A stretch of 63,811 nucleotides of DNA from a virus (taxonomy: Duplodnaviria > Caudoviricetes). Positions 46,818 through 55,623 of this stretch are shown piece by piece; position 1 is the stretch's first letter, and each line of letters starts with the position of its first letter. The position numbers and the translations under genes were made by a program. The stretch lies in IMG/VR virus record IMGVR_UViG_3300002461_000106, positions 1 to 63,811 of that record; one strand, written 5' to 3'. The notes beneath the pieces are model-generated. The model ran no database searches. It was not told the DNA's origin and saw only the letters and a program-made list of their open reading frames with translations.

Positions 46818-47065
46818 CGGGTCACCCGCTTGTGGAGCCACATCGCCGCCATCGCGCCGAGGCCAGCGCCGACACCGATCGGGATGATGATCCACCCCCA
46901 CCCGCGCTGCGCAGCCACGACCACCACGTAGACCTCGCACGCCGCCATCGCCATCGAGGTCGGCAGCACCCACACGTACGCCCCGCGCACGACGTTGAGC
47001 TGCTGGAACGCCTTCAGGAACACGAAGACGAACGACGACAGGAAGGCGAGGACGGGGACGCTCAT
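46814..47065 (-). CDS. Small membrane protein
   Basis: Three hydrophobic segments, 'KAFQQLNV'. Confidence 0.65.
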   Translation of the reverse strand: MSVPVLAFLSSFVFVFLKAFQQLNVVRGAYVWVLPTSMAMAACEVYVVVVAAQRGWGWIIIPIGVGAGLGAMAAMWLHKRVTR

Positions 47066-47150
47066 GGGTGCGGGCCAACAGGCCGGACTGCCCAAGCCAC
47101 GGCAACTGTAACAACTGCCATGAAGGCCAGCCAGATAAAGGTGGCTGTCG

Positions 47151-47372
47151 TCACGCCGTCGACTCCCGATCGCTAACCATCACGGGCGGCGATACCTCTG
47201 GCACCACCACGTCAACGTCCATCAAGAACGAGTCCGGAACCACTACATCGAAAGCGATACGGCGACTGCCTGGGGATTTATCTGTGGGGTGAGTGTGCGC
47301 CATAAACCCGTGCTGCAATTGATAGCTTGCGCAGCCGCCCCACACGTCCATATAAAATCTGAGTCTCATCAC
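47151..47372 (-). CDS. Hypothetical protein
   Basis: GGAGG RBS, 73 aa. Confidence 0.5.
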   Translation of the reverse strand: MMRLRFYMDVWGGCASYQLQHGFMAHTHPTDKSPGSRRIAFDVVVPDSFLMDVDVVVPEVSPPVMVSDRESTA

Positions 47373-47457
47373 ACCCTCCGTTCCGGTTTATCCCTGCGTG
47401 GTATTCCGAACGCGACCCGCCATAAAAAGTTCCCCCAGACCCGCGCTATTTTATTCA

Positions 47458-47694
47458 TCAATGCAGTTGCCTCCCCTGAATCGTTACCAGTTTGATATCT
47501 GCCAGGTACTGCCCCAGGTGCCAGAAGCACCGCGGCAGTTGAACCAGTTCGCCGGACTCGTAGACATCCTGCATCACGGTCAGGAGGTCTTGAGCCGATA
47601 GTTCGTTCCGCAACACCCGCACCAGCGCATCTGCGTGCCGCTCAGTCAGCGGCGCGAGGTAGCCCATCTGGTAGTCGGCGAGGAAGGGCGTCAT
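47458..47694 (-). CDS. Hypothetical protein
   Basis: ATGA-coupled to endonuclease gene. Confidence 0.5.
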   Translation of the reverse strand: MTPFLADYQMGYLAPLTERHADALVRVLRNELSAQDLLTVMQDVYESGELVQLPRCFWHLGQYLADIKLVTIQGRQLH

Positions 47695-48116
47695 CGACAG
47701 CGCCGCAGATACTGAACCGCTGATAAAAGTGTCACCTCGCAATCCCCCGCATGGCCGATCATACGATTGCAACTAGTGCATAACAGGCCCCGCACTTTCC
47801 CTGTTCTATGATCATGGTCAACATCAAAGGCTTTTGTTTGGGTCAGCCCGCAAACAGCGCAGCGACCCCGCTGTTCTGCCAGCAACAGATCATAGCCTCG
47901 CTGGTCAATGCCATATTTGCGAACCAGATGCCGTTCGCGCTCCCCCTGCGGGTTTTTCCAGTAGCGTTCTCTTGCCTTATGTGGGTTAGCCGCGCGCCAG
48001 CGGCGTGCATAGTCCGCCTTACAGGACTTGCAGTGTGGGAGGGTGCCACCCCGGCGCCGGTCTACCCAAAACTGGCTCGCGGGCTGGGACACGCCGCATT
48101 TAGTGCAAACTTTCAT
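47691..48116 (-). CDS. Endonuclease VII-family (HNH) nuclease
   Basis: 'CTKC...CKSC', 'KYGI', 'Q.GRCAVC', 'VDHDHRTGKVRGLLCTSCN'. Confidence 0.85.
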   Translation of the reverse strand: MKVCTKCGVSQPASQFWVDRRRGGTLPHCKSCKADYARRWRAANPHKARERYWKNPQGERERHLVRKYGIDQRGYDLLLAEQRGRCAVCGLTQTKAFDVDHDHRTGKVRGLLCTSCNRMIGHAGDCEVTLLSAVQYLRRCR

Positions 48117-49318
48117 GGCCGGCAATCTAAGTACGCCCGGATGAACGCTTCAGCAACAGGCGCGACGATCGCATTACCATACGCCCTCAGCCGACCGACT
48201 CTGTTTTTCGCGCCTTTGATGAGCGGCGAGAGGCCGAACGTGTCTGGTCCGGTGCGCACATATCCCAAGCTCTCGGCAAGCCCATCAACCAGGCGCTCAT
48301 TCGTGGATTCAACTGGCCGCCACTTTCCATCCCGGCAGTGAAGCCAGTCAGCATCTCGCCAGTGGCCGTTAGTCGGGCTGGGCCATTGGCTGGCAAACAC
48401 TCCAGCGCCGATAGCGATTCGCGACCCTTGATGAACTTCGGACTGCGCACATTCCCCCTCGCGTCGAACTCGGCCATTGGGGTCTGCCACCCCGCCAGCG
48501 CCACCGTCCTCCGGCTGCTGTCGTTGTTCCCCGCCGCGTTGTTCCCGTTCTGTGCTGGCGTTCCGGCCATCGGGGTGTTCCACCCCGCCAGATTCGCCTG
48601 ACGGGGCAACTGGTCGAACCGCTCCGTTCCGTTGGCCCTTGGCCTGATGTCCGCCCCCGAGTCCTTCCAGTCGCGGGTGGTGGTGGTGGTCCAGCCGGCC
48701 AGTTGTGCTGCCTGTTGAATATTCAGCCCGAACCCGTTGCCATTCCCGTGCTTCTCCTTCATCGCGACCCGGCGCTCGTTCACTGTTGGGTCGTCCAGAT
48801 TCCGCACTGTCGCGTCGGGCGTCGGCCACGAACCACAGTCGTTGTCGGATGTGCGGCGCACCGACGCCCGCAGCGCAGATATCGGCCGTCCCGACGGCGT
48901 AGTTCGCACTTTCCAGGTCAGCGTATACAAGGTCGAGCCAACCGAGTCCAGGCTTGCTCGCAACCTGCTCGCCAAACACAACTGCAGGTCGTCGCTCGCG
49001 GATGAGAGGGAACCAGACTGGCCAGAGGTGTCGGTCATCATCTACACCCCCCTGCCTGCCAGCGACAGACCAGGGTTGGCAGGGTGCGGACCCCGTCCAT
49101 ACCTCCCGATCATCAGGCCAGCCTGCCCGTCGCAGGGCGTAACTCCACACCCCGATGCCGGCGAAGAAGTGGCACTGTGTGTAACCCTTGAGATCATCAG
49201 CTTTGACATCCCGTATGCTCCTTTCATCCACGTCGCCGGGTGCGATGTGCCTGGCTGCGATCAGGTTCCGCAGCCACTGTGCTGCGTATTTGTCGTTTTC
49301 GTTGTAGTAGGCGGTCAC
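48113..49318 (-). CDS. DNA cytosine-5 methyltransferase, alpha polypeptide
   Basis: Motif I 'FFAGIG', IV 'APCQPWS', VI 'GEQV', VIII 'HIRQRLWFVA', X 'LRAYGNAIV'; no motif IX in this frame. Confidence 0.85.
   Translation of the reverse strand: MTAYYNENDKYAAQWLRNLIAARHIAPGDVDERSIRDVKADDLKGYTQCHFFAGIGVWSYALRRAGWPDDREVWTGSAPCQPWSVAGRQGGVDDDRHLWPVWFPLIRERRPAVVFGEQVASKPGLGWLDLVYADLESANYAVGTADICAAGVGAPHIRQRLWFVADARRDSAESGRPNSERAPGRDEGEAREWQRVRAEYSTGSTTGRLDHHHHPRLEGLGGGHQAKGQRNGAVRPVAPSGESGGVEHPDGRNASTEREQRGGEQRQQPEDGGAGGVADPNGRVRREGECAQSEVHQGSRIAIGAGVFASQWPSPTNGHWRDADWLHCRDGKWRPVESTNERLVDGLAESLGYVRTGPDTFGLSPLIKGAKNRVGRLRAYGNAIVAPVAEAFIRAYLDCRP
48187..49041 (-). CDS. Probable methyltransferase beta polypeptide in an overlapping frame
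   Basis: 284-aa nested ORF with repeated 'W.TP/AGW.T' modules and motif IX-like 'QLNPRMSAWLMGLP..W'. Confidence 0.7.
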   Translation of the reverse strand: MMTDTSGQSGSLSSASDDLQLCLASRLRASLDSVGSTLYTLTWKVRTTPSGRPISALRASVRRTSDNDCGSWPTPDATVRNLDDPTVNERRVAMKEKHGNGNGFGLNIQQAAQLAGWTTTTTRDWKDSGADIRPRANGTERFDQLPRQANLAGWNTPMAGTPAQNGNNAAGNNDSSRRTVALAGWQTPMAEFDARGNVRSPKFIKGRESLSALECLPANGPARLTATGEMLTGFTAGMESGGQLNPRMSAWLMGLPRAWDMCAPDQTRSASRRSSKARKTESVG

Positions 49319-49725
49319 AGCCCATGCCGCTCCAACAGATCGACGATCTCGTCCTTTGTCCAGTTGAACTGGTCATGCAGCCCCGCGATCACACTGAACA
49401 GCGAGGGGTGGATGGCCTGCCGGTAGAGGCTGGAGTACTTCTTCACCGGCGGGACCAGCCCGGGGCACTCGGACTCCAGTTCGTCAGCCAGCCTCGGCCA
49501 GAACCGCACCGAGCACCAGAGGTGCGGGAACTGCCACAGGAGCGTGGAGGTCACGGCGTCAGACGAGGTCGACGGGCTGCCCCCCTTCGCCTCGCCCAGG
49601 AACGCTGCACCGAGGGCGTCGCTGGCGCGTCGCTCAGGGTCAAGGTATCCGGCGGTCGGGCGGTTGGGGGCGAGGGTCATGCCGCGACGGATGGCGACGG
49701 AGAGCTTGCGGACTTTCAGAGTCAT
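49315..49725 (-). CDS. Hypothetical protein
   Basis: 136 aa; C-terminal 'LHDQFNWTKDEIVD.LE'. Confidence 0.6.
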   Translation of the reverse strand: MTLKVRKLSVAIRRGMTLAPNRPTAGYLDPERRASDALGAAFLGEAKGGSPSTSSDAVTSTLLWQFPHLWCSVRFWPRLADELESECPGLVPPVKKYSSLYRQAIHPSLFSVIAGLHDQFNWTKDEIVDLLERHGL

Positions 49726-49736
49726 GTGTGTTTCCG

Positions 49737-50222
49737 TTACTGGGGTTGAACAGCGCCGGCCTCGACTTCACGCATCAGCGCGTCGAGCCCGACCCGGTAG
49801 TGCAGGCGCTTCAGTCGCTGATACACCCGCCGGCCCGTGCCGGCCTTCACCCGCGCAGGCTTCGCGATCGGGATCAGCATGGTGCGTGGCTTGTGCTTCA
49901 GTTCATCGGTCTTGGGGTCGCGGACCGTGTCGATCAACGGCGACAGAGGCGTGCGGCCATCTTTGCCGTAGCGGATCTTCTCGACCTCCCGGGCCACGAC
50001 GAAGCGCGTCTGCCCGCCGATCCGGCGGTCGGTCTCGACCCCACCCCGCAGCTTGTAGTTCGGCGACTCCCCCCGCACGATCGGACCCAGCTCGCGGATC
50101 ACCCGCTTGTGGGTCTCATACACCGGCATCTCGGCCAAGTGGTGAATCTCGGGCTTCTCATACTCCGTGGGCCGCTTGACCCCCGCCGCGCGCCGCAGCG
50201 TCTTTGCCAGTTTACCGCGCAT
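49737..50222 (-). CDS. Basic hypothetical protein
   Basis: AGGAGG RBS, 161 aa. Confidence 0.7.
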   Translation of the reverse strand: MRGKLAKTLRRAAGVKRPTEYEKPEIHHLAEMPVYETHKRVIRELGPIVRGESPNYKLRGGVETDRRIGGQTRFVVAREVEKIRYGKDGRTPLSPLIDTVRDPKTDELKHKPRTMLIPIAKPARVKAGTGRRVYQRLKRLHYRVGLDALMREVEAGAVQPQ

Positions 50223-50286
50223 CGTGCCTCCTGATTGATCTTGTACCCATCACTATGAACCGCAGCGGGCGGGAAAGTTCCCCCGA

Positions 50287-50475
50287 CTACGTCTCGATCT
50301 TGAACGACACCTCGTCGAGGATCGGGTCGCCATCGACCTCGGACCGGGTGCCGTGCGTGACCCGGTGCGTCAGCGCCCCTCGCTGGCCCCACTCCTCAAG
50401 GCCAGGCACATAGAAGGACGCCGGCTCGGAGGTGTCAACCCGCTCGGCTCGGAGATACTGGGACAGCGTGGTCAT
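50287..50475 (-). CDS. Hypothetical protein
   Basis: AGGAG RBS, ATGA coupling. Confidence 0.55.
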   Translation of the reverse strand: MTTLSQYLRAERVDTSEPASFYVPGLEEWGQRGALTHRVTHGTRSEVDGDPILDEVSFKIET

Positions 50476-50888
50476 GTGAGGTCTCCTGGTTGGGTGGATT
50501 GTATATCAGCCCGCGCAATGGCGGCGTCGATGGCGGCGTCCATCGTATCCTTGTTGTAAACCTGCCCCATGCCGCCCGATTCGCAAGAGACAGTCCATCG
50601 TGGAAACTTTGCATAATAATCTTCGGGCGCGATAAAGTTTCGCAAAAAACTATACCGTTCCGCATCCTTCCTAAGCCTCTCGCATTCAGCCATCAACTTA
50701 GCCTCGCGCTCGGACCCCATGCCGTTCAGCCGGGCTTGTTCCTCGCACTCTGCGCGGGCGGCGGATAGGTCGCGTTCGAGGGTGCGGGCGTGGTCACGTA
50801 GTTTCCATGCCATATCACGCATTTCGCTGTGCGACAGATTCAGATGCGGGCAAACGGCATCAGTTTTCGGCGTGTCACTTGCCATCAT
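50472..50888 (-). CDS. Modular phage hypothetical protein
   Basis: 'SDTPKTDA', 'HARTLER', 'LRKDAERY', 'DAAIDAA' blocks; AAGGAG RBS. Confidence 0.65.
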   Translation of the reverse strand: MMASDTPKTDAVCPHLNLSHSEMRDMAWKLRDHARTLERDLSAARAECEEQARLNGMGSEREAKLMAECERLRKDAERYSFLRNFIAPEDYYAKFPRWTVSCESGGMGQVYNKDTMDAAIDAAIARADIQSTQPGDLT

Positions 50889-51105
50889 TCATCTCCTTTT
50901 CGTATGCTGGAGTGTCAACAAAATAGAGGTTGCGTGGACTCGGAACCCCGCCATCAGTCAGTTTTGAATCCAGACCAAATTGATTATTTGCGCGGTAGAC
51001 TGTTCCGTCGATTTCAGTGACAAATTCCTGTTTTTCCATCCAGACAAAAACGGGGAATTTTTCCCAGTGCTGAAGGTGCAAAGATATTGCTTCATCTTTT
51101 GTCAT
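50875..51105 (-). CDS. Hypothetical protein
   Basis: 76 aa, A/T-rich. Confidence 0.5.
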   Translation of the reverse strand: MTKDEAISLHLQHWEKFPVFVWMEKQEFVTEIDGTVYRANNQFGLDSKLTDGGVPSPRNLYFVDTPAYEKEMNDGK

Positions 51106-51106
51106 A

Positions 51107-51277
51107 TCAATCCCTTAAGAACTCTTTTGTAATAACGCTCATTTCACATTCACAAAGAACAGCAGACGTAGGGTCAATAACTACCATTACGTGCGGGTGA
51201 CAGTTTTCATCCAGCCATTTAATGACTGGCTTTGTCACTTCTCCAAACTCTTTTCGCTCTTTATCGGTTCGCATCAT
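51107..51277 (-). CDS. Small hypothetical protein (56 aa, not in ORF track)
   Basis: AAGGAG RBS; MMRTDKERKEF..KPVIKWLDENCHPH..KEFLRD. Confidence 0.55.
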   Translation of the reverse strand: MMRTDKERKEFGEVTKPVIKWLDENCHPHVMVVIDPTSAVLCECEMSVITKEFLRD

Positions 51278-51740
51278 TCATCTCCTTTTCGACTTCCGCG
51301 AGCAGGGCGGCGGACATGGCTGCGTGTATTGCTTGCCAGTAGCCCTGCGAAAAATCGCCGTCCGCATTTTCCCATCTACGATGCACTCCCATAGCCGCAA
51401 GAATCATCTCAACACTCGGCTCCCGCAGCAGTTCCTTGACGCGCTCGTTCTTCGCAGTCTCCCGGCGCAGGAGGTCGAGGACTTCGGGGCCGTAGAGGGG
51501 GGTCGGAAATTGGTCATGCTTCGCTACTTCGTCGCTGTTGTCTGAGAAGTGGTAGGTCACCTCGTCGTATGCGGCATCGTACTTCCGGTAGCCCCACGCC
51601 GCCGGCTCCGGCACCTTCGCCTCCTTGATGCGCTTGTAGTCGATGAGGGTCTGAATCGCGGCTTCAAGCGGCCTGTCGCCGGTAGTCATCTTTGCCTGCA
51701 AACTTGCGATCTGCTCGTCAATTCCGATTCGGTCAGTCAT
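51261..51740 (-). CDS. Hypothetical protein
   Basis: GGAGG RBS, ATGA coupling. Confidence 0.6.
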   Translation of the reverse strand: MTDRIGIDEQIASLQAKMTTGDRPLEAAIQTLIDYKRIKEAKVPEPAAWGYRKYDAAYDEVTYHFSDNSDEVAKHDQFPTPLYGPEVLDLLRRETAKNERVKELLREPSVEMILAAMGVHRRWENADGDFSQGYWQAIHAAMSAALLAEVEKEMNDANR

Positions 51741-52264
51741 TTGCGTTCCTCCTGCGCGGCTCGGAGCAGTTCATCGGATAGCCGCCTGCTTTCCTTGTCG
51801 CCGTCGTAAATCTGGCCGATCAGTGCGAGTTTTCGGCCAGCGGCTAACGCTACATCCACCGGCACCACCACCTGCGACTGCGGCAGCTTCTCGGCTTCGG
51901 CGCGGATATCTTCGTTGTGTCTACATCGATTTGGCACATGGCAGACTACTCGCCAGCAGTAATGAGGATTTTTTATGCACTTCTCATCAGCCCGCAGCAT
52001 CCCCTCGCGCACGCCGGACGGAGGGGCGGTGTAGAGGGGGATGTCTCTACATCCTTCATCATAATCGGACTTGTATTGAGATCCCTTTTCGAGTGATACG
52101 CTGGAAGGTTTGCCAAACTTGTTAAGCTGAAGCCACGCCACCGGCTCCGCGTCATGTGCATACCAATGAAAGCAAGGCTTATCCTTGCGATGCACCACGC
52201 CAAGTGTCATCGGTTCGCCACAGCAGCAGATCGGCTCCGCGTCATGCTTCGGGGTGTTGATCAT
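51737..52264 (-). CDS. Modular hypothetical protein
   Basis: 'EPVAW...PLYTAP' block, duplicated HDAEP. Confidence 0.6.
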   Translation of the reverse strand: MINTPKHDAEPICCCGEPMTLGVVHRKDKPCFHWYAHDAEPVAWLQLNKFGKPSSVSLEKGSQYKSDYDEGCRDIPLYTAPPSGVREGMLRADEKCIKNPHYCWRVVCHVPNRCRHNEDIRAEAEKLPQSQVVVPVDVALAAGRKLALIGQIYDGDKESRRLSDELLRAAQEERK

Positions 52265-52882
52265 TTTCCCGACTCCTTTATCTCGACTTCGACTTTATTA
52301 CGAATCGCCCACCATGCCAGCTTGATAAAGCCAAGCCACGTCAGGAATTTAACCTGCCCGCTCGGCATGTGCGCCATGATTTCTTCGCCGCAGTAAACCG
52401 TTATGCGCCTCATCATTCACTCCTTTGGCAGCGGATGCCGTTCATCGTTTGCCGTGTTCTGATATCCTGAACAGATGCAGTAACTTTCTCTGTGAAAACA
52501 CTTTACGCAAACGTAATATGTCATTTGTTTCTCCACCGGATACAGGCAAGCGCGGATAAAATGGCTCGTTTCATTCTGAGTTTTTCTTGTTTCGACCGAC
52601 CGTAGTAATCAATTATTTTCTTCACTGGAACCACGCGCTTTTTTGTTAGAGTGAACGTGCAGCTCATTTTTCGGACTCCTTCGGCAGCGGCGGCAGAGGA
52701 CTACGCATCAGATCAAGAATTGCGAAATATTCTTCGTTTGTGATATCGCAGATTCCTTGCCCATTCTTGGTTTCTATCCATGACAGCCTTGTTCCTTCAT
52801 CATGCGGAATCATGCGGTCACTTTTAATGACGGACTTTGTTCGGGCGATAAAGCGCGCAAACAGCAACGGCCACCCATCCTC

Positions 52883-53248
52883 CTACACCTTCTGCTGCGC
52901 GGCAAATTCGTCGCAGAGAGTCGCCTTCTCTTGCCAGTAATCGGCGCGTGGGGAGCACGGTTGGCTGCATTCTGAAAACTTCCCACAGCAAGGTGCGCCG
53001 CTCTGCTGCGCGGTAACAGGAACACAACCATTGTCAATCGGAGCAGGTTTTCGTGAATAGGGATCAACCCACTGCTGCGCGGCGGTGAGGGTGGCTACGC
53101 AAGCGCGGACAACCTGCCTGATTTCGTGAATACTGCATTTTTTACGGAATTCGCGTAATTCTTCATCACATATAATTGCATCCCATGCTGCGTCGTGCAG
53201 CGCTACCAGCGCGTCGGTGTCAGCGGGGGCGGTCATTTTGCTATCCAT
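52883..53248 (-). CDS. Hypothetical protein
   Basis: AGGAGG RBS before ATG 53248. Confidence 0.5.
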   Translation of the reverse strand: MDSKMTAPADTDALVALHDAAWDAIICDEELREFRKKCSIHEIRQVVRACVATLTAAQQWVDPYSRKPAPIDNGCVPVTAQQSGAPCCGKFSECSQPCSPRADYWQEKATLCDEFAAQQKV

Positions 53249-53481
53249 TTGTATCCCTCCTGTTTTAGCCACCTGCAGCAGGTCGTGCAGGAGGTTGATG
53301 GCGTCCCATCGCCGTTATCCCAATCCTGCCGAATGCTGTGCTCACCGTGCAGCCAGCAGATCAAGCGCCCAAACGTGTCGCGCCACATAACCCGCTGAAA
53401 CCGACCTCGTTTCAAATGCGCCCAGAATGCGCGGCGTCCATGTTTGTTCATCAGGTCAAAGCCTTCCCGTGCTGCTCCCAT
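53233..53481 (-). CDS. Hypothetical protein
   Basis: AAGGAG RBS; 'LICWLHGEH...CTTC'. Confidence 0.5.
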   Translation of the reverse strand: MGAAREGFDLMNKHGRRAFWAHLKRGRFQRVMWRDTFGRLICWLHGEHSIRQDWDNGDGTPSTSCTTCCRWLKQEGYKWIAK

Positions 53482-53647
53482 CGCTATTTCTCCTTCTGCG
53501 CGTCAAGGTCGGCGGGATTCTGTGCGGCTCGGATAAGTTCGTCACATTCCGCACGTTCGCGGTCGTCAAGCTGATGATACAAATCGCTTTGCAGAACACG
53601 CATCGCAAGCGCGTATCCGAAGCGGTCATAGTCGGCGGGATTCGCGG

Positions 53648-53947
53648 TCATTTCGAGTTCTCCTGTATCTGGTCAAGGTATCCCTGCGCCGTCCGGCGGA
53701 TCTCGGCCCACTGGATCGGGGTCGGCGGAGTCGGGGTAGTGAAGGCCGTCAGCAGGGCAACGATCGTAGACTTCGCGGCGTTGTACTCTGCGTCCGCCTC
53801 AGTCAGCCGGCGCACCGCCCACTCCAGGGCTTCGGCCTCGGAGACATCGTACGTCAGATCGATGCCCTTCGCCCGTGCTTCGGTTACGCGGTGGCGCAGC
53901 CAGGCGGCCCGGCGCTGAAGGGTCTGGAGCTTGTGCTTGGCGCTCAT
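53648..53947 (-). CDS. Hypothetical protein
   Basis: GGAGG RBS, ATGA coupling. Confidence 0.55.
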   Translation of the reverse strand: MSAKHKLQTLQRRAAWLRHRVTEARAKGIDLTYDVSEAEALEWAVRRLTEADAEYNAAKSTIVALLTAFTTPTPPTPIQWAEIRRTAQGYLDQIQENSK

Positions 53948-54237
53948 GCCTGAGCCCTCCGCGCAGCCTGCCACTCCTTCAGGAGCTTGAACGGGTCGCA
54001 GAGAGTGCCGACGCGCTGCGGTCGGGCAGCGGCGATCCGAAGGGCTAAGCCGGAAGCAAACAACTGCGTCCGGGCGGGCTCCCGCACGGTTGCCGCCTCA
54101 TACTGTGGCGGGCAGACGTAGGCATCCAGCACCCTCCACGCCCCGCGCTGGGTCTTGCGGGTCTTGGTCCCGGCGATCTGGCCGGCGAGTCTCTTGTGGC
54201 CGGGCTCGAACCGGCACACGATGCGGTAAGTCTCCAT
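53944..54237 (-). CDS. Hypothetical protein
   Basis: AGGAGG RBS. Confidence 0.55.
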   Translation of the reverse strand: METYRIVCRFEPGHKRLAGQIAGTKTRKTQRGAWRVLDAYVCPPQYEAATVREPARTQLFASGLALRIAAARPQRVGTLCDPFKLLKEWQAARRAQA

Positions 54238-54289
54238 GCTCTCTACCCTCCTATGGGTTAAGGCTCCGACACCCGCCGGAGCCGTTGGT

Positions 54290-54652
54290 TCACTTGCGTC
54301 GATAGAATATGTGCCGGCCCCACTGCCCGACCCGGACCTTCGCGTCCGCCCAGGCGGGGCTCACGTAGTCCGCGTGGAAGTGGGTCGCGCCCTCAGTGAA
54401 GTCCTGCATTGTCCAGACCGCTCGGGCCACCTCCTTCGCCCGCTGCCATGCCTTCGGCTCGGTGATGCGCTTCGGGCTTAGGGTCCATGAAAACTGATAG
54501 GGTCGGAACGCCTCCGCGCAGACCCGGCTCGGGTCGCGCTGCGCGCGGTTCAGCGTCACCAGCGCGACCGCCACCTGCCCGGCCACAGGTTCCGATCTGG
54601 CCTCAAAATAAACATTCATGGTCAAGCATACTAACGCCATCTCGGGGATCAT
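54290..54652 (-). CDS. Cell wall hydrolase, SleB/Hydrolase_2 family
   Basis: 'CL..NVYFEARSE...GQ.AVA.V.LNR', 'QFSW', 'GATHFHA.YV.P.W', 'G.HIFY'. Confidence 0.9.
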   Translation of the reverse strand: MIPEMALVCLTMNVYFEARSEPVAGQVAVALVTLNRAQRDPSRVCAEAFRPYQFSWTLSPKRITEPKAWQRAKEVARAVWTMQDFTEGATHFHADYVSPAWADAKVRVGQWGRHIFYRRK

Positions 54653-54819
54653 CTGGTGTACCTCTCCGAGTCAAAGTCATCCATCGGCGGGCACTCTGCC
54701 AGCGCGGGCACCGTCAGCACTACGGTGTATCGCCGCCGGTCGATTAGGCGGGCGCCCACCCGGCGCCAGTAGCCCCGGCCCCAGGTCTTGATCTTGCGGT
54801 GTGGCGGTCGCTTGGTCAT
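54649..54819 (-). CDS. Hypothetical protein
   Basis: ATGA-coupled small ORF. Confidence 0.45.
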   Translation of the reverse strand: MTKRPPHRKIKTWGRGYWRRVGARLIDRRRYTVVLTVPALAECPPMDDFDSERYTR

Positions 54820-55091
54820 GTGGGCGGCTTCCGTCCAGTTACAGCGTCGAGGATCATGTTGGTACACTGTGCCAGCGCCTGAAACAGCGGCACGTTGTCA
54901 AATTGGCCCGTGTAGTGGACCGCGTTGGCAACGGGCGTTGATGCACACACCTCGCACATCTCCTGGTCCTCGGTTTCGAGCCCTCGACCTGCCGCGTGAA
55001 CCTGAAACGTCCGCAGCGGCGCAGTGCTGCTGCATGTGTCACATACCCGCACGTCGCCGCTTGGGCAATATTTGTACTGGTAATCGAGCAT
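54816..55091 (-). CDS. Hypothetical protein with CxxC pairs
   Basis: AGGAGG RBS; CDTC and CEVC. Confidence 0.55.
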   Translation of the reverse strand: MLDYQYKYCPSGDVRVCDTCSSTAPLRTFQVHAAGRGLETEDQEMCEVCASTPVANAVHYTGQFDNVPLFQALAQCTNMILDAVTGRKPPT

Positions 55092-55092
55092 C

Positions 55093-55320
55093 TCACACCT
55101 CCTGACAGCGGTAGGGTTGGCCGACTGCGCGGTAGTGCGCGCACAGGGCATGGGCCTGATCCAGCGTCGGACCCGGCAGCGGTCGCGCAGCGTCGCGCTC
55201 GACTGCCATCTGTTCGACCCGTTGGATCAGGACATAGTTCAAGTGCAACCCCGCGGCCAGGCTGAGCAGCAGTCCGGCAAGCAGGGCGTGGATGATACGC
55301 TTCGCGGTGTGGATCTTCAT
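55093..55320 (-). CDS. Hypothetical membrane/exported protein
   Basis: N-terminal hydrophobic helix. Confidence 0.55.
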   Translation of the reverse strand: MKIHTAKRIIHALLAGLLLSLAAGLHLNYVLIQRVEQMAVERDAARPLPGPTLDQAHALCAHYRAVGQPYRCQEV

Positions 55321-55607
55321 GCAGTCACCTTCTTAGGAAGTTTCAGGTTGCGGTAAGCCTCGCGGGTTTCGCCGGTTGCGGGAGGGTCGAGTCTGATCAG
55401 TCTATGCTTTTCGCATACTTGATTAGTTGCGAATGGAACCCACACGGCATCTTCAATAAAAAGATTTTCACCGCAGGTTGTACATGGCCAAGCGGGGCCA
55501 CTGTAAGAATCTCCAGCGATAAATATAATGCCGATATTTTTGGTATTTCCGCAACACGGGGTCCCGCGCACCACCATCACCAAATCGCCCTTCTTGATCT
55601 CGCTCAT
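55317..55607 (-). CDS. Hypothetical protein
   Basis: GGAGG RBS; 'IKKGDLVMVVR'. Confidence 0.6.
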   Translation of the reverse strand: MSEIKKGDLVMVVRGTPCCGNTKNIGIIFIAGDSYSGPAWPCTTCGENLFIEDAVWVPFATNQVCEKHRLIRLDPPATGETREAYRNLKLPKKVTA

Positions 55608-55623
55608 GTCACCCTCCGTTGAG

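Noticed and set aside
49042-49227. Separate gene or stop read-through extension of the methyltransferase beta frame
   Set aside because: Same frame as the beta ORF but separated by TAG; no independent evidence of expression, and TAG is used as a normal stop elsewhere
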